Shown one piece after another: positions 1 to 12,987 of a DNA stretch of 64,000 nt. A model generated the notes under the pieces. The model was not told where the DNA came from and did not search any database. It was given only the letters and a program-made list of their open reading frames with translations. The position numbers were made by a program, and so were the translations under genes. Source of the stretch: Schmidtea polychroa. Lineage: Eukaryota. The number at the start of each line of letters is the position of its first letter. Position 1 is the stretch's first letter. The stretch lies in assembly GCA_044892525.1 (NCBI GenBank), contig CM097887.1:77850397-77914396 (forward strand), read 5' to 3'.

Positions 1-2539
1 ATATTTGATATCTTATAATAATAATGACAAACTATTAGCGATAACATGGAGAGATAAGAGGGATGTTACCTTAATTTCTTCATTTTATCATTTTGAGCAT
101 CAATAGAAATTAGAAAACAACGACAAGAATTACAACGTCAAGGTCAAGCAAAACAGCCAATTAGAGGCTGAGGTCGAAGCAGAGGAGCAGGAAGCCCAAA
201 TGTAAATCCGTGATTCATTAAAATAATGGTGTGCCTTTCCGACAAATTGATGTTCAAATAGTTCAAAAACTCTCAGTTATATGCAACTATGAGATATATG
301 GGAGTTGTTGACTGGGCGTACATCTTGCAAGACGGTCATAGGATAATATTAAAGTGTATCATCCAAGCTGTCTCGTTAAACAGGTATTTGCGTAATAAAA
401 ATTTTATAATATGTGTTAATATGCAATTCAAATTTAAAATTTAAAATTGTTTTTGAGTAGAGTAAAATATAATACATTTTAATATTAAAAATTAGTGAAC
501 ACGAATCCAAATCAAAGAAAGAAGTGGTTTTTGATGCATTTCAATTTCCTTCATCCAAAGTCTGTTTCTAGATTTTGAACCATTAAATTTTAAATAATTG
601 ATTATGTAAATTAAATAATATACATAAAAGAAACTTAGACGATTAACTAAATAAAATACCAGAATCAGAAAACTGAAGAAACTTATCAAAAGATGCTAAT
701 TAATTATATTAATTCTGATTTTAAATAATATAACAAGGAGTAAGAGTTTCATTTGTCTTACTAATATTAATTTTAAGGGATAAGGATGAATCAAAATATG
801 AAAGTATTGAAAAATGAAAATAAGGAATTGAAACATGAAATAATGAATGTATTGGAAAGTGACAAATTAATGAATTAGAAAATGAAAATATTAATCGAAT
901 CAAATAAAATTATAAAAAAGTCGGCCATCAGCTAATGAGATCGTGCTTTCAACTGATTAGTCAGAGAAAAGTATAAATAAGCTGATCCAACGGCCAAAAA
1001 ACATGTGATATACGACAAACAGCCATTCAAAAATTATATCCCTAAAATCAATACCAGGCTAAAATTTGATTTTTGCTTTTATGACAATTTGTATGAACAA
1101 CTTTTTATTTTTAGTTGTCTAGTACCACATGTTTTTGTATTGTGCGATTATCATATCAATTAATTTATTAAATAAAATTTCTTAACCGTATGTTAATCTA
1201 AAATGTGTTAAAATATATGTTAAGCTAAAAGAGGCCCAACCAGTAAGAATGTATAACCCGTGCGGGTAGAAAACCTGGATGACCGTCAGGTCGACCAGGT
1301 GGAGGAAACCCGATGTATGACCTCGCTAGGACATTTTCCGTTCACATGAGTGGTAGGAAAAGCTAAAATTGTAAGGCGCTACATTTTTTTATCTAACTTA
1401 GGTAAGATAAATCTGTTTCGGAGGACTCAATAGGATAAAGAACTGGAAATTGTTATAATTGCGATCAAGTTATAACGTTTCGGAATGATGATAGGCCGCA
1501 GCATTGAGAATTTATAGAAACACTTAGGAAAACACAAACAATACCTCTTTTAATCACCTTTCGTATTTAAGTTCAACCATCCAGACATACTAAACATGAC
1601 AGCTTTCACTTTCAGAAACCGATAGATAGTTAACATATTGAAGAATTGCCGTCGATAATACAACGACCACACAATGATCCTATTAGGAACCAGTCATCTT
1701 TCTATTTTTTTATCTTACGTTTCATACGTCTATAATTCCTGTAGCCGTGAGATGGTGATCGCTTACAAAATCGCATCCACCTGTCTACGTTCACAATGAC
1801 CGATTCTAACTAAATTGTTTACCTTATGAATCGACATGAAAATTTAGCGATAATTATCGACTATAACTAAATGTTTTATCTTCCCTTAAACTTAAAAATT
1901 CCCCCTTTTTAGAGTAGAACGTATATAACTCAGCAATACAAATTAAGTTTGCTATTGATTCCATTCCATTGGTCATTAATGGCATGTTTCAAATTTCATC
2001 TGAATAGACTGTCTGATCAGTTTCTTAAGTAATACTCTCGCCAAATCATTTCTGAATATTCTAACCGATACACACCGACAGCAAACCCCTATTTATCCTA
2101 TATCGAGAGTTAAATTTACATACCATTTTCCGGCTACCAGTTAATACCGAATATTCCCATCGATCAAAAATTATATCTAACAACTTAGTTAATTTAATCT
2201 AATTTAGCAAATGAAGGTCTAACAGTTGTATTAATTTAGTTTAAGGTTTCCCTAGCTCGGTTGTTAGGACCGTAGAAATCTAATTAATTTAATTTTTAAT
2301 GAATTAAAGTTAAATTCTCAGTTAATTAAATTTAAGGGTTCCTGTAGTGCAAGTATTTGAGGTTTAAGAAGTCATTTGAATCCCATTCAATTGACTCATT
2401 CTTGGGTGCAAAGCCTACTAATCACATTTATTAGTTAGTGTCCTCGTCGAAATTCGACAGAATACGAACCATCCCCTCAAAAACTATAAATTCACTCAAT
2501 AACCCAACTAGAATCCATTGACTTGGTCTTTATTAAGAT

Positions 2540-3153
2540 ATGGCAAAAACGAGTGCGTCAATAAAACCTCTTTCTCCTAAAGAGCTATAACTGGTGGAAG
2601 AAATACGTAAACTGCGGGAGCAACTAAGCCGGAAAAAGAAGAGACTAAATCAAGTCGAGGCCACATGGCACGCTCCTGAGAAAACCCACGAACTATATCA
2701 ACGCATTTTCCGGCTTGATAAAGCCAGTGAGGAGATCGTCACCGAGAGTCGGTCCCAGCGACTCGTGATCCGAAGACAACACGAACTCTTGTCAAAAATG
2801 TACACCGCGAAGAAACTCGAAGCACGAATCCCCTAGTCCACAGCCTCGGCGGAGCTGGACGTTATCGACAGCCATCATTTACCTGAAGGCCATAGCCTCG
2901 AGGAACCAGTCTTCACCCCTCAAACTCCCCTCACTCAACTAGCGTCTATCACGACAACAACGCCGGTCACCCAAACAGCGCCAACAGTCCCTCCCACCGT
3001 CAATCGTACACAAAGATGGCCACCGCCGCTTTGTTTCCTTCTCCACCACCAACCACTGCTTCTCAAACCGCCGTTACACAGGACCCTGTCCTTGCGAATT
3101 TTTTAAATGCCGATTTGGATGACCACGATTTTCGTCTTGACTGGATTTTCTAG
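2540..3153 (+). pseudogene. Orphan ORF (basic/coiled-coil N-terminus, Pro/Thr-rich linker, acidic-aromatic tail) with 2 stops and 1 frameshift
   Basis: MAKTSASIKPLSPKEL*LVEEIRKLREQLSRKKKRLNQVEATWHAP...RIP*STASAEL...; after a frameshift ...TQDPVLANFLNADLDDHDFRLDWIF*. Confidence 0.55.
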
Positions 3154-3250
3154 CTGGTAAACTATTTACTGTGTAATCTTCATAGTGTATTTAAAGTAAA
3201 TAAATGTCTCATTTAAACGTATTGGTTTTTATAAATTCACTTGGTCTTAA

Positions 3251-3730
3251 TTATTGTAGTACAAGGATAAAATCTATGAGTTGAGAGTTTAGATAGTCGT
3301 AAGTGAATTGTTTTATCACTTCGTTGACAACAAACGACTTAGAGGTTCTTGAGTCGTTCTGACATAATAGCGTAAGCGAAAGTAGCATAGAATGGATATA
3401 TATTGGACTTTGATTCTCAATCCTTGTAGAGCAACATGCATGGACGTAGTATTTCACCGATTTGGACGTCGGATAATCACCATCGACGTAAATCCTTCCA
3501 ACGGCAGTCCTGATCCTTAAGGGGCGTGTGAGTCGAGTAGCCGCCTCACCTTTACTCATCCATTCCGCCGAGGTATACAGTACCAACGCGTCTCACACAC
3601 GCGGGTAAACAGACAGTTTTCTGAAACAGTCGTGCTTGACATTCTAGACGTTACCCGAGTTACGTTAGCACCCCTAACGATAATACCATCTGAAAGCTTA
3701 GCTTCTTCGCCTGAGTCATGATTGGTAACT
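3251..3730 (-). pseudogene. Orphan ORF convergent on the 2540-3153 ORF
   Basis: 111-aa ORF in the track (3251-3586), with a coding-like upstream extension in another frame to ~3730. No recognisable motif. Confidence 0.35.
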
Positions 3731-4394
3731 TCCCCTAGATAGCAAACAACGACAGGATTTGTACACTAAAGTTATTATTAATATAATAACACGAAGGTTT
3801 CATAGAAAAAGGAACATGAAAAAAGGATACAGCTCTTCTTCCTATGATTTTGTAGGTAACTTTATTACCCAACGTATGATATATGACATATACACTATCT
3901 CGAAAATGAGAAATGTTATAAACTAATAGCTGTATATAGCAATAAAGTATCTTAATATGCTAGTATCAAATAGATTTTCCTTTCCAAGATCTTAACAATA
4001 GTTCTGAGTTAAATAGTTTTCAAGCTTCGAAGGATGATTTGTGATCTTCGAGTGATTTATTCGCTAATTATATACCTATTTTCCGTTAAGATTAACATTG
4101 AAAATCTCATAGATATTTTACAAATTTTTTGGACCAATCAGAAGGTCTACTTTTTATTTATTTTATTTATAAATGTGTTTTTGCTTATGTCTTTGTCTGT
4201 TTTATTCTTTATTATTTTATAAATTTTTTTTATTCTTAATTCATTTGGTGGTTTTCCTGTTTCTTTTGATGCCTTTCTATCTGTCTTTAATGCTTTAAAA
4301 TTGTTTATTATTATTCTATTTTTATTTAAATTTTTACGTTTCTGTTCTTATATTTTGTTTTATTAATGTGTTTATATGTTGTTTTTGATATTAC

Positions 4395-4550
4395 AGGCGA
4401 ACCCGGTTAATATCATGCTTACAGTTCCAAAAAAAATCATGATATTAAGCGGGTCGTGATAATAACCGAAACTCGCTTAATATCCACATATGTGACATTA
4501 ACCGAAAACTCGGTTATTATCATTATTCATGACAATAACCGAAATTTTAT
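4395..4550 (+). mobile_element. Isolated Tc1/pogo-type terminal inverted repeat fragment
   Basis: TA|CAGGCGAACCCGGTTAATATC followed by internal TAACCG/CGGTTA repeats. No partner end found. Confidence 0.35.
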
Positions 4551-5302
4551 TTCAATAGAGAATTTATTTATGTATTATTTATGAAAAAAGACATTATATT
4601 GACTACTTAGTAATAATTTAATTATTTTTAATATACATCCAATATATTGACTAGTAATAATTCATTTATTTATTTATAATAATATTTTTGGTTGTTCGCT
4701 GTTGTCTTCTTTTTTATTTACCTATTTTATTATTTAGATTATTTTACTTTTTCCCTAATTCTTAGCCCAACAGTGGTTTTATTTGAACCGGTTACAGCAC
4801 ATGGAAATTGAGCCAAATAAATAATATTCGATTTGCCATTGACGAAATATTTTGATGAATAATTTTCTTCATACTAGATGAAATAGTCGAAAACTTAATC
4901 TTAAGAATAGAATTTATGCATTATTTTATGAACTCTGACATTCAAGAAACCAGTGGTAATGTGCCACGCATTTATCGCTGGATCAGTAGAGATTTGTGGA
5001 GTAATAGTATTTTGGTATGGTTTCATAATTTATATAGTTGGGTAGTAGCGTGGGTCGAAATTTTCTGTAGTCAGTTGGTTGATGATCTGCGACTATAATA
5101 AACAATTCAAATCAGTTACTATTAACTCGTTGAATCGGATCGTCGTTCGTTAGTGGTATTCATAACCAAGACAATTATATACGACTTGGATGGCAGAGAA
5201 ATGTAAAATGTGAATTATTCGGATCACATTTTTTTATTATAAATAAATAGGTTATTCTTTAAAAAAATCATTTCAAAATCGGATTTTCAAATTAACCCTT
5301 CT

Positions 5303-6170
5303 ATGAATTTTGAAGAATTTGAAGAGAAATTCATTACAGACTTAGGAAGAAGTTATTAGTTTTCTAATGATAAGAGATTTAATTAAAATAAGAAAAATGT
5401 TCTGATTGCAATGAATATATGGTTTTGAGACATTCATTACAGTTGATGGATTTTGTTGGTGCTGTTCAAATTCAAAATGTATTGCATATCAGAAAAGAAA
5501 ATCTATCCGTATAGGCAGTTACTCTTTTGGTATTAAAAGTAATTTTAAAACTATTTTAAAAATTTTAATTAGGTATATTACTGAACAACAAAATTTTTCA
5601 ATTAGCCAGTATATGAATTGTGATATTTCTGTTGTTAGTAGAGTAGTTAACAAAATAATTGACTTGTTACTTTTACAAAATTTTGCAAATGACAAATTTG
5701 GAGGCTTTTGTTCAGGTGGGCGAAACCATGCTCAATTACAAATGTAAGAGCCACGGGTGTCGTTCAACTGAAATTAAAACAGATGCCCTAGTTATTGTTG
5801 AAAGCAATGATAAAATCAGCTGAGCATTTGCTAAAATAACTCATAATAAAGAGGCCACAACAATATTACCAATTATTTGTGGAAATGTTTTATCAGGCAC
5901 AACAATTTATACGGATGAACATAAAAGCTATTCTTCTTTAGCAAGAAAAGGATTCATTCATAATACTGTTTGTCATAAATATAAATTTGTGAATAAAAAT
6001 AATGGAGCATATATTAAATTCGTTGAATCTTTCAATAATAACATTACATATGAAATTAAAAAGAGAAAAGGAAATATTACCAATAAAAGACAGATTTTCA
6101 AATGAAATTTGCTGGAAGTTTAACAATAAAGTTGATAGGTTCGAAAAAAATTTAGAATTAATTAAATGTT
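5303..6170 (+). mobile_element. Merlin (IS1016/IS1595-like) transposase pseudogene
   Basis: Motifs across frames: VQV(G)ETMLNYKCKSH, TDALVIVE, TILPIICGNVLSGTTIYTDEHKSY, TVCHKYKFV, VESFNN, EIKKRKG. Many stops and frameshifts. Confidence 0.85.
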
Positions 6171-6294
6171 AGAATAAGAGAGGCTGACCCCTCATTCCAT
6201 CTGACTTACGAGCATGCAAGACGTAAAAAATTGAATTTTTCTAACATTTAATTTCATTGATTGATTTTATATATAAATTCTAAATATTACTATT

Positions 6295-6600
6295 ATGAGT
6301 AAGAAACGTAAAGTGGATGGCGAAAGAGTCTTTGTTATCGTTTTTCTGTTACAAAATAAGTATTTCCATCCATTTGTCATTAAAAAGTATAGTACTTAGT
6401 TTGTTTACAAAAATAACGGTTTTGAAGGAATATAACATAAAAAGACATTATGAATCGCAACATTCAAATTTAAATGATATTTATAATTGCAATCAGAAGA
6501 AAAAATTTGATTCTTTGTTTAAGACTTATAATAAAACTTATAATAGAAACCAATTTTCAAAAAAATATCACATGAAAAGAAGCCTCGATTTTAGTTAGTT
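6295..6600 (+). mobile_element. hAT transposase N-terminal fragment (SPIN/GTF2IRD2-like)
   Basis: MSKKRKVDGERVF... and TVLKEYNIKRHYESQH (degenerate BED-type finger tail). Confidence 0.75.
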
Positions 6601-7010
6601 ATATGACAACTTTTAAAATGTTTTTTAAAAAATAATAGTAATTAAATAGGGGAAGGTAAATGATTAGCTGAGACTACAGCACACAACACTAAAAAGTAAA
6701 AGGTTATTTAAAATAATTATACACACCAATTAAAACAAAAGTAAAGAAAACAACGAATAATAAATATTTACTCTTTACCACATTCACCATACATACTACA
6801 GAACTGGACCAGGAACTATAGGTGAACGTATATGCACAGGAGCGACGATAAAAGAAGGGCAATTCTCCAGCAAATCAATTATCAATTCCTCTCGGTTGAC
6901 CAATATCTTATATATGATTTATTGACCTTTAACTTATTGTGAAAGTAATTAGTATTTAATTTCCAGTTTTAAATATATTTAAATAATATAATAAAAGTAG
7001 ATAATAAAAT

Positions 7011-8911
7011 CAGGGCCGGCCCTAGGGCGTGCGGGGCCTAAAGCAGCAAACGATAAGCGGGGCCCATTCCCGAGGCAGCAGACGAGGAGCGAGACCTATT
7101 CAAAAAATAGCATTTCTACATATATTAAAATAATGTGAAATAAAAAATTAAATTACTTAAATTTTTAATCTATAACAACATCGATAGATCAATAATTACA
7201 GTTTTATTCATTTAACTGAAGATCAAAAACTCAAAAAAAAATAATAATTAAAATGCTTTGTTTTTGTTTGACAGTTCATATATAACTCTACATTATAAAC
7301 TATATACACTATAGCGTTGGTTTGGTTGTATCTTCTACTTCCACCTTGTTTATACAACTTACAAGCAAATCTTGCGAGCTTTGGCGACTGCAAAATCTGT
7401 AATAAGTTCATTATTGTCAAGATCCTTAGCAACATTATTCTCAATTGACAAAATAGCCAAGTTACTGAGCCGATCTTGAATCATTGTTGATCGCATATAG
7501 GTTTTAATAAGTTTAAGTTTCGAAAAGCTTTTTTCTCCGGAACCAACAGTGACAGGAATAGTTAGAAGTATTCGAAGTGCAATGTGTGTGTTAGGAAAGT
7601 CACTATAACTGCAAAATCTTAACAGGATCGTTGTAGGTGGCTGCAGGAATTATGGAACTCAATGATTGCAAATTTTCAGCAAGCATGAAACCATCAAGAT
7701 CATTATTTTCGCAGCCTGTGAGCCTTTTCTCCAGATTCATACTGCAATTCAGTAGATCATTTTGATCAAATTTATAAAGAAATCCAAACGAGTTATGATG
7801 CATTCGTAGTTGTTCAAATCGACATGATCGCAGCATCAACAATCTGGTTAAAAAATCATTGCGAAACTTTTCTTGTGGATTTACAAATCCTTCATCTTCT
7901 ACTTCATATGTAAATTGTTTTTTTTCTTTTTTGCACTCTCGTCTCTTTAAAAATTGGTTCAACTTCTAAGTCCTTGGCAATTTCTTTTGCAATTGATATT
8001 GCTGTTTCAAAACCGCCATCTTTGTAAGATTTCAACTATTTATAAGTATGTTTCATGCTGTCAATTGCAGTTGGTAGATCGACAGAAATCTTTTGTAATT
8101 CTTTGCTGATGTAATTAAACTAGAACAATATGTCATATCAAAAAACATTTGAAACAATTAAATTGAAGTTCTTAAGTTGGATCACTAAAATCATCATTAA
8201 CATTTATCAAACCAACCAACTTTGCTGTTTCTTTATTTGCATTTGCAGATATTTGTGTCCCTGTAATCTGAGAAGTATCAATTATTCCAACATCAGAAGT
8301 ATCGATACTTGACTCTGTTATTTTCATAAGTTGCTGCATCTTTGTATTCTTCAGAAGTTGACGATGTTGACGAACTTTGATGTGTTGTACAAGAAATTTA
8401 TTGAGATTGTGTTAATTCCTTAATTTGGCTTTCTTGTGTTGCTTTTTGTTTTTTCTTTTCATTGCCACTTATATTTTCTGCCAAAATCGCGATCTCGTTT
8501 TGGTGGTATATCCGCTCAACTAAAAAATCAATTAATGGAAATTTTTAAATTCAAATAGCAATTCTTATTTAAATCATTTGAACAATTCTTATTTAAAGCT
8601 AAATAAAGTTAATTAATGTAAAGTTTACATTTTCAATTATGTGCCATAAATTGCCATTGGACCATACTGAAGGCCTATTATGCTACTGAAGCAAAAAACT
8701 TTTTTTGGTTTCTAGAGCTGTTAAAAAGATAAAAAAAAGTCAGATTTTATAGTTTCAATTTGTTTGGAAATTTTTTGTAGATGTTTTCAGATGGTTCAGT
8801 TTTTTTATACAAAAAAGTGAAATTTTCGGTTTTTTATACAATAAAAATAATGTTAAGTCAAAACGCGGAGCCCAAGGTGGTTGCCATTGTTCGCCTTGCC
8901 CTAGGGCCCTG
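7011..8911 (-). mobile_element. hAT element (Tip100/Blackjack, ZMYM-like), internally deleted
   Basis: TIRs CAGGGCCGGCCCTAG / CCCTAGGGCCCTG with a perfect 8-bp TSD AATAAAAT (7003-7010, 8912-8919). The minus strand encodes the dimerization domain (RILLTIPVTVGSGEKSFSKLKLIKTYMRSTM...RLSNLAILSIE) and an N-terminal remnant joined at ~8140. Confidence 0.92.
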
Positions 8912-9398
8912 AATAAAATTATAAATTAAATATAAATATCGAAGTTATTAATTGGTTTGACGGTAAATTAAATATATTCAAGAATGATTGAAAATTAAAA
9001 TATAAAATATTTATTGAATGAATATTCCTCATTTAATTATTAACTCATGCGTGTGAAAATATCCTCAAAGCTAAAAACAGAGATTGTTTAATTAAGACAG
9101 ATTTTGTGTTGTGTTTAAAATATATATATTTCTTTTGTTTTGAAATATTATGGATGTTATTAATTCAAGAAATTAGACATCTAATACTTATCTTTATTTG
9201 TTCGGAACTTTATCTTTATTGCAAATAATTTTATAATTGAGCTTTATAATTTAACAATAAAACAAAGAATTTAAACAAAAAATGAAATTAGCCAATCAAA
9301 TTGATTGGAATTTGAAATTTAAATTACAATAAAAACGATCAAAAATACATATGATCGATTCTAATTGGTTGAATCTGTCAACAGAATAGTATATAAGG

Positions 9399-12300
9399 TA
9401 GTGATTCTCAAACTTTTTTTAGCTTATGGCACATTGAGCTTATCTGAAATTTTTCGCGGCACTCCCTCTCGTTCCATACAATAAAAATATTTTTCAGTTT
9501 CTTTTTATTTTCCATTTAAAGTTTTTAAAAATTCGATATATTTTTGTTAACACGTTGGCTGCCCATTGCAGGTTCTTCATAACAATTATGGCGTGTCTGA
9601 GTTAACAACTGTTTTTTTCAATAATGACTGGAAAACGAAAATGTATCAGTGTCTAATTAGGTGCGGGGGTGGGTGGATGTCTCTCTCTATTATTTTATTG
9701 TAAGTGATCACCCATGATACAATGGCATATGGTGAATAAATTATATTCAATGGGCCAATGTATCACTGGTAATCACTATTTTTTTTGCTATAGCCTATTT
9801 GCTATATGTCGATCTATCTTCTTTCATTTTCAGAATTTTTATACATAGTCTATAAAGTTATAAATTATAAGGTATCTGAATTTCAAATTGAATTTGCATT
9901 TCAAAATGAGTTCAATACAGCCTAATATGTTTTATGGAAATCGTCAAACGAATTATGATTCTGATGCAAGTGAACAATCTGAATTACATTTTGATGGCGA
10001 TAGTGAAGAATATTATTCACCTTCAAGAAGTCAGTCTTCCTCCAGCGTTAGTACTGCATCCAGTGATGAATCTGATAGTAATGTCAATATTTCCCGGCCA
10101 TTGTCATCCATCTCATTTGACGTGGATTGGAAAGCGCCAGCAGATAGAAACTCCCTAATAAATTTTGTAGCACCTCCACAAGAAAATTGCATGTTTTTGT
10201 AGCATGACAAGAGCCCTTCGGATTAATATTATTTGTTTCTAACATATGAAATTCTTCAGCTAATTATAGAAGCGACAAATCGTAATGCCATCCAAACGAT
10301 GGCTGCCGTTCGAAGGAGCAAAGGATGCAGACTAAAAAGATGGAAAGACACGCATAAAGAGGAAATTAAAAAATTCATTGGTTTGGTATTAGCAATGGGT
10401 ATTGGTAAAAAACCAAAAATTTCTGATTATTGGAGCAATAATGCGATTTTCAAGAATGATTTTTCCCAAGTGTCATGTCTCAAAATAGGTTCCAACTTTT
10501 ACTACGCTACATTCATTTTGAAAACAATGAAACACCTACTCGAAATTCAAGACATTACAAAGTTGAAAGACTCTTAGAAAAAACGGTAAGAAATTTTAAA
10601 AATTCCAAAATTCCAGGTGAACATCTTGTAATTGATGAGTCCATGATTGCATTCAGAGGAAGGCTAATAGTTCGCCAATACATTCCAGGGAAGGCTAATA
10701 GTTCGCCAATACATTCCAGGGAAGGCGCACAAGTATGGCATAAAGATATTCAAGCTAACAGATCCTAGTGGTTACACATATGATTTAAATGTTTATAATG
10801 GACGAACTGACCTGCAGGATGGTCATTCACGCATATCAACAACCATTTGTATTAAATTGACAGAAGAATACCTTGGCCGAGGAAGAACACTAACTGTTGA
10901 TAACTATTATACTTCAATTGAACTTGCTAACAAATGTCTTGAAAAACAAACACATTTACAAGGAACACTAAGAAAAAGCTATAAAGGAGCACCAAAACTG
11001 GGACTAACAATTTGAAAAAAGGAGAATGCAAAACAATAGAAAAAGATGGCATTGTAATTGGTGTGTGGAAGGATAAAAGAGTGGTAACCTTATCAACAAA
11101 AGAGGATGGATCTTTGAAAACAGCAAACAAAAAAATCGCAAAGGTGAATATATAATGAAACCAAATGTCATTTAATGCTACAACAAATGTAAACAAGGCA
11201 TCGATCTTTCTGACCAGTTAGCAAGTTACTTCTGTCGTCTGAGGAAAACAGTGCGGTGGTATCATAAAGTTGCCTTTGAAGTCTTGCTAAATACTGCCAT
11301 TGTAAATGCTTATACACTGTACAATTCACATGAGAACAATGATAAAATGCAGATTGCTGAATTTCGAGTCTAACTTCTACAAATCAAGATCAAGTAGCTA
11401 GGCCTACCCGGAAACAAAATCCTGCCAATAGACATATTTTTCTCCAAGTTGAAGATAAAACCACCTTAAATCGTAAAAAGCTATTCCGTTGCGTTACTTG
11501 CTATGCAAACTTATCTAAAGAGCAAGGTCCAGCAGCAGCTAGGAAAAAAGCCAAACTTGTGAGTACTAAATGCTCAGTGTGCCCCAACAATCAGTTTTTC
11601 TGTTTAGAACATTTTCAAATATTTCATGAAAACAAATAAAGATTTTCGGACACCACGAAGCTAAATTACATGTTTTTTTTAAATTTATAATGAACTTAGA
11701 AATTGTTTAGTTTATTATAGAATGTGGTTTTGCTTTATTGTTACCAAAAGGCTTTAAAATATTTTTTGTTTTACATTCTATGTATATCATAACGATTTTT
11801 TGAATAATTTTTTGGTGAAAATCAATACGTGAAAACTGTAATACAGTAGTTTTGTACCTTTTTATTACTTCCTCTTTTTATAATTGCATGAAATATCGAA
11901 ATAAAAAGCAAAAGTTAAACTTATTTTTTCATTTAGTCCTTAAAAATATGTACCAATTGTTAATGGATTCTAATTAATTTATTATCGCCAGAATAGCTGG
12001 CCATGTTAACGTAAAATTTTTATCCTTCCTGAGAGGCCAAATACCGTAAAAATGACCATTTGCTGCAAGCCTATGAAATAGTTTATCATTATATTTACAG
12101 AGCTCAAGTGCTATTGTAAATTTTATATTATTGGTAGTGCTATTGTCTAACAATGTATCGCCGGTGATACAGTTGCAGCCAACGTGTTAAAAATATTTTT
12201 CCGAAGGTTTTATTTTTCCTGTTCGGATTTTACATTTTTAGTGAGAAGTCTGAGTCTGCTTTCGAGAGCAAATCAGGCAAAATCGAGGTTATAATGTTAA

Positions 12301-12960
12301 TATGTAAGCATGTATTTCGTCGACGATATTAAGAAGTCGCTTTCTTTTTGGGTTTGACTTCAGTTAGAGCAGAAAATACAAATTCACAAAACCATGAAAA
12401 CGCAAATGGCAGAGGGATTTTAATTGTGTTTGAACTTGTCAAAGGATAACATTTTAAGAGAGAGCCAAAATTCGTCCAAGCTCTTTCCAGGAAATGCTAA
12501 TTGATGGGATTTGTCATTCTTGAAGTCGATGAGCTCTTCTTCCTCAGTTGAAAGATTTGTTGTTTCAAGCATCCCAAATGGATTGATCAACAGCCATATT
12601 CATCGACGACTGAAAGCGATAGGAAATAATGATGAAATTACGAATGGAGACCTGTCAGTGAGATGACAATGTCAGCAGCAAGTTTATTCTGAATGTGATT
12701 AAATGACAGAAGGAAAGCAGTCAAAGATACCCTTCGAGATTTTGCTCTTCCACAACATCAGCTTTTCATAAAATGACTTCAGTTTTGATGTTGATGTTAT
12801 AATATTTTCCGATGATACTTGAAGAATTCAATTTGTCGAACAAATCTGAGAGAAATTGAACTTTCAGCCACCAGATTTCGTCATGAAGAGGAAATTCTAA
12901 ATCTGCTTCCTCGGCCTCCAAAAACGAATAAGACGCATCAAAACTTTTCCTTTCAATAAA
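9399..12960 (-). mobile_element. hAT element (Buster/Charlie clade), 3' portion, interrupted by piggyBac
   Basis: TIR-like TAGTGATTCTCAAACT at 9399. Minus-strand transposase C-terminus at 12240-12960 (GKVLMRL, WWLKVQFLSDLFDKLN, NPFG, SLDEFWLSL, CEFVFSALTEVK), truncated 5' by the LTR-like unit. Confidence 0.8.
9551..12186 (+). mobile_element. Full-length piggyBac with degraded PGBD4-like transposase (~9907-11640)
   Basis: TTAA|CACGTTGGCTGC ... GCAGCCAACGTG|TTAA. Motifs MSQNRFQLLLRYIHF, VIDESMIAFRGR, QYIPGK, VDNYYTS, GTLRK and a C-terminal Cys-rich finger. Stops, frameshifts and a 31-bp tandem duplication at 10658-10719. Confidence 0.95.
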
Positions 12961-12987
12961 TATATTAACGAATCGCTCGAATTCGAT

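Larger units (their letters stand above)
1218..3997 (+). mobile_element. LTR-like unit (possible large solo LTR or retroelement accessory segment) carrying decayed orphan ORFs
   Basis: Starts TGTTAAG and ends CTTAACA (inverted termini typical of LTRs), with AATAAA at ~3941 before the end and GC-richer internal ORF remnants. No clean TSD (ATATA vs ATAGT) and no gag/pol motifs. Confidence 0.45.

Noticed and set aside
1-690. Coding-like patches (RG-rich stretch ~130-210, minus ORF 492-689)
   Set aside because: Multiple stops, no recognisable motif and no consistent splice structure.
4790-5230. GC-richer stretch with ORF 4916-5098
   Set aside because: No identifiable domain in any frame.
10658-10719. 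31-bp direct repeat
   Set aside because: A simple tandem duplication that frameshifts the piggyBac transposase.
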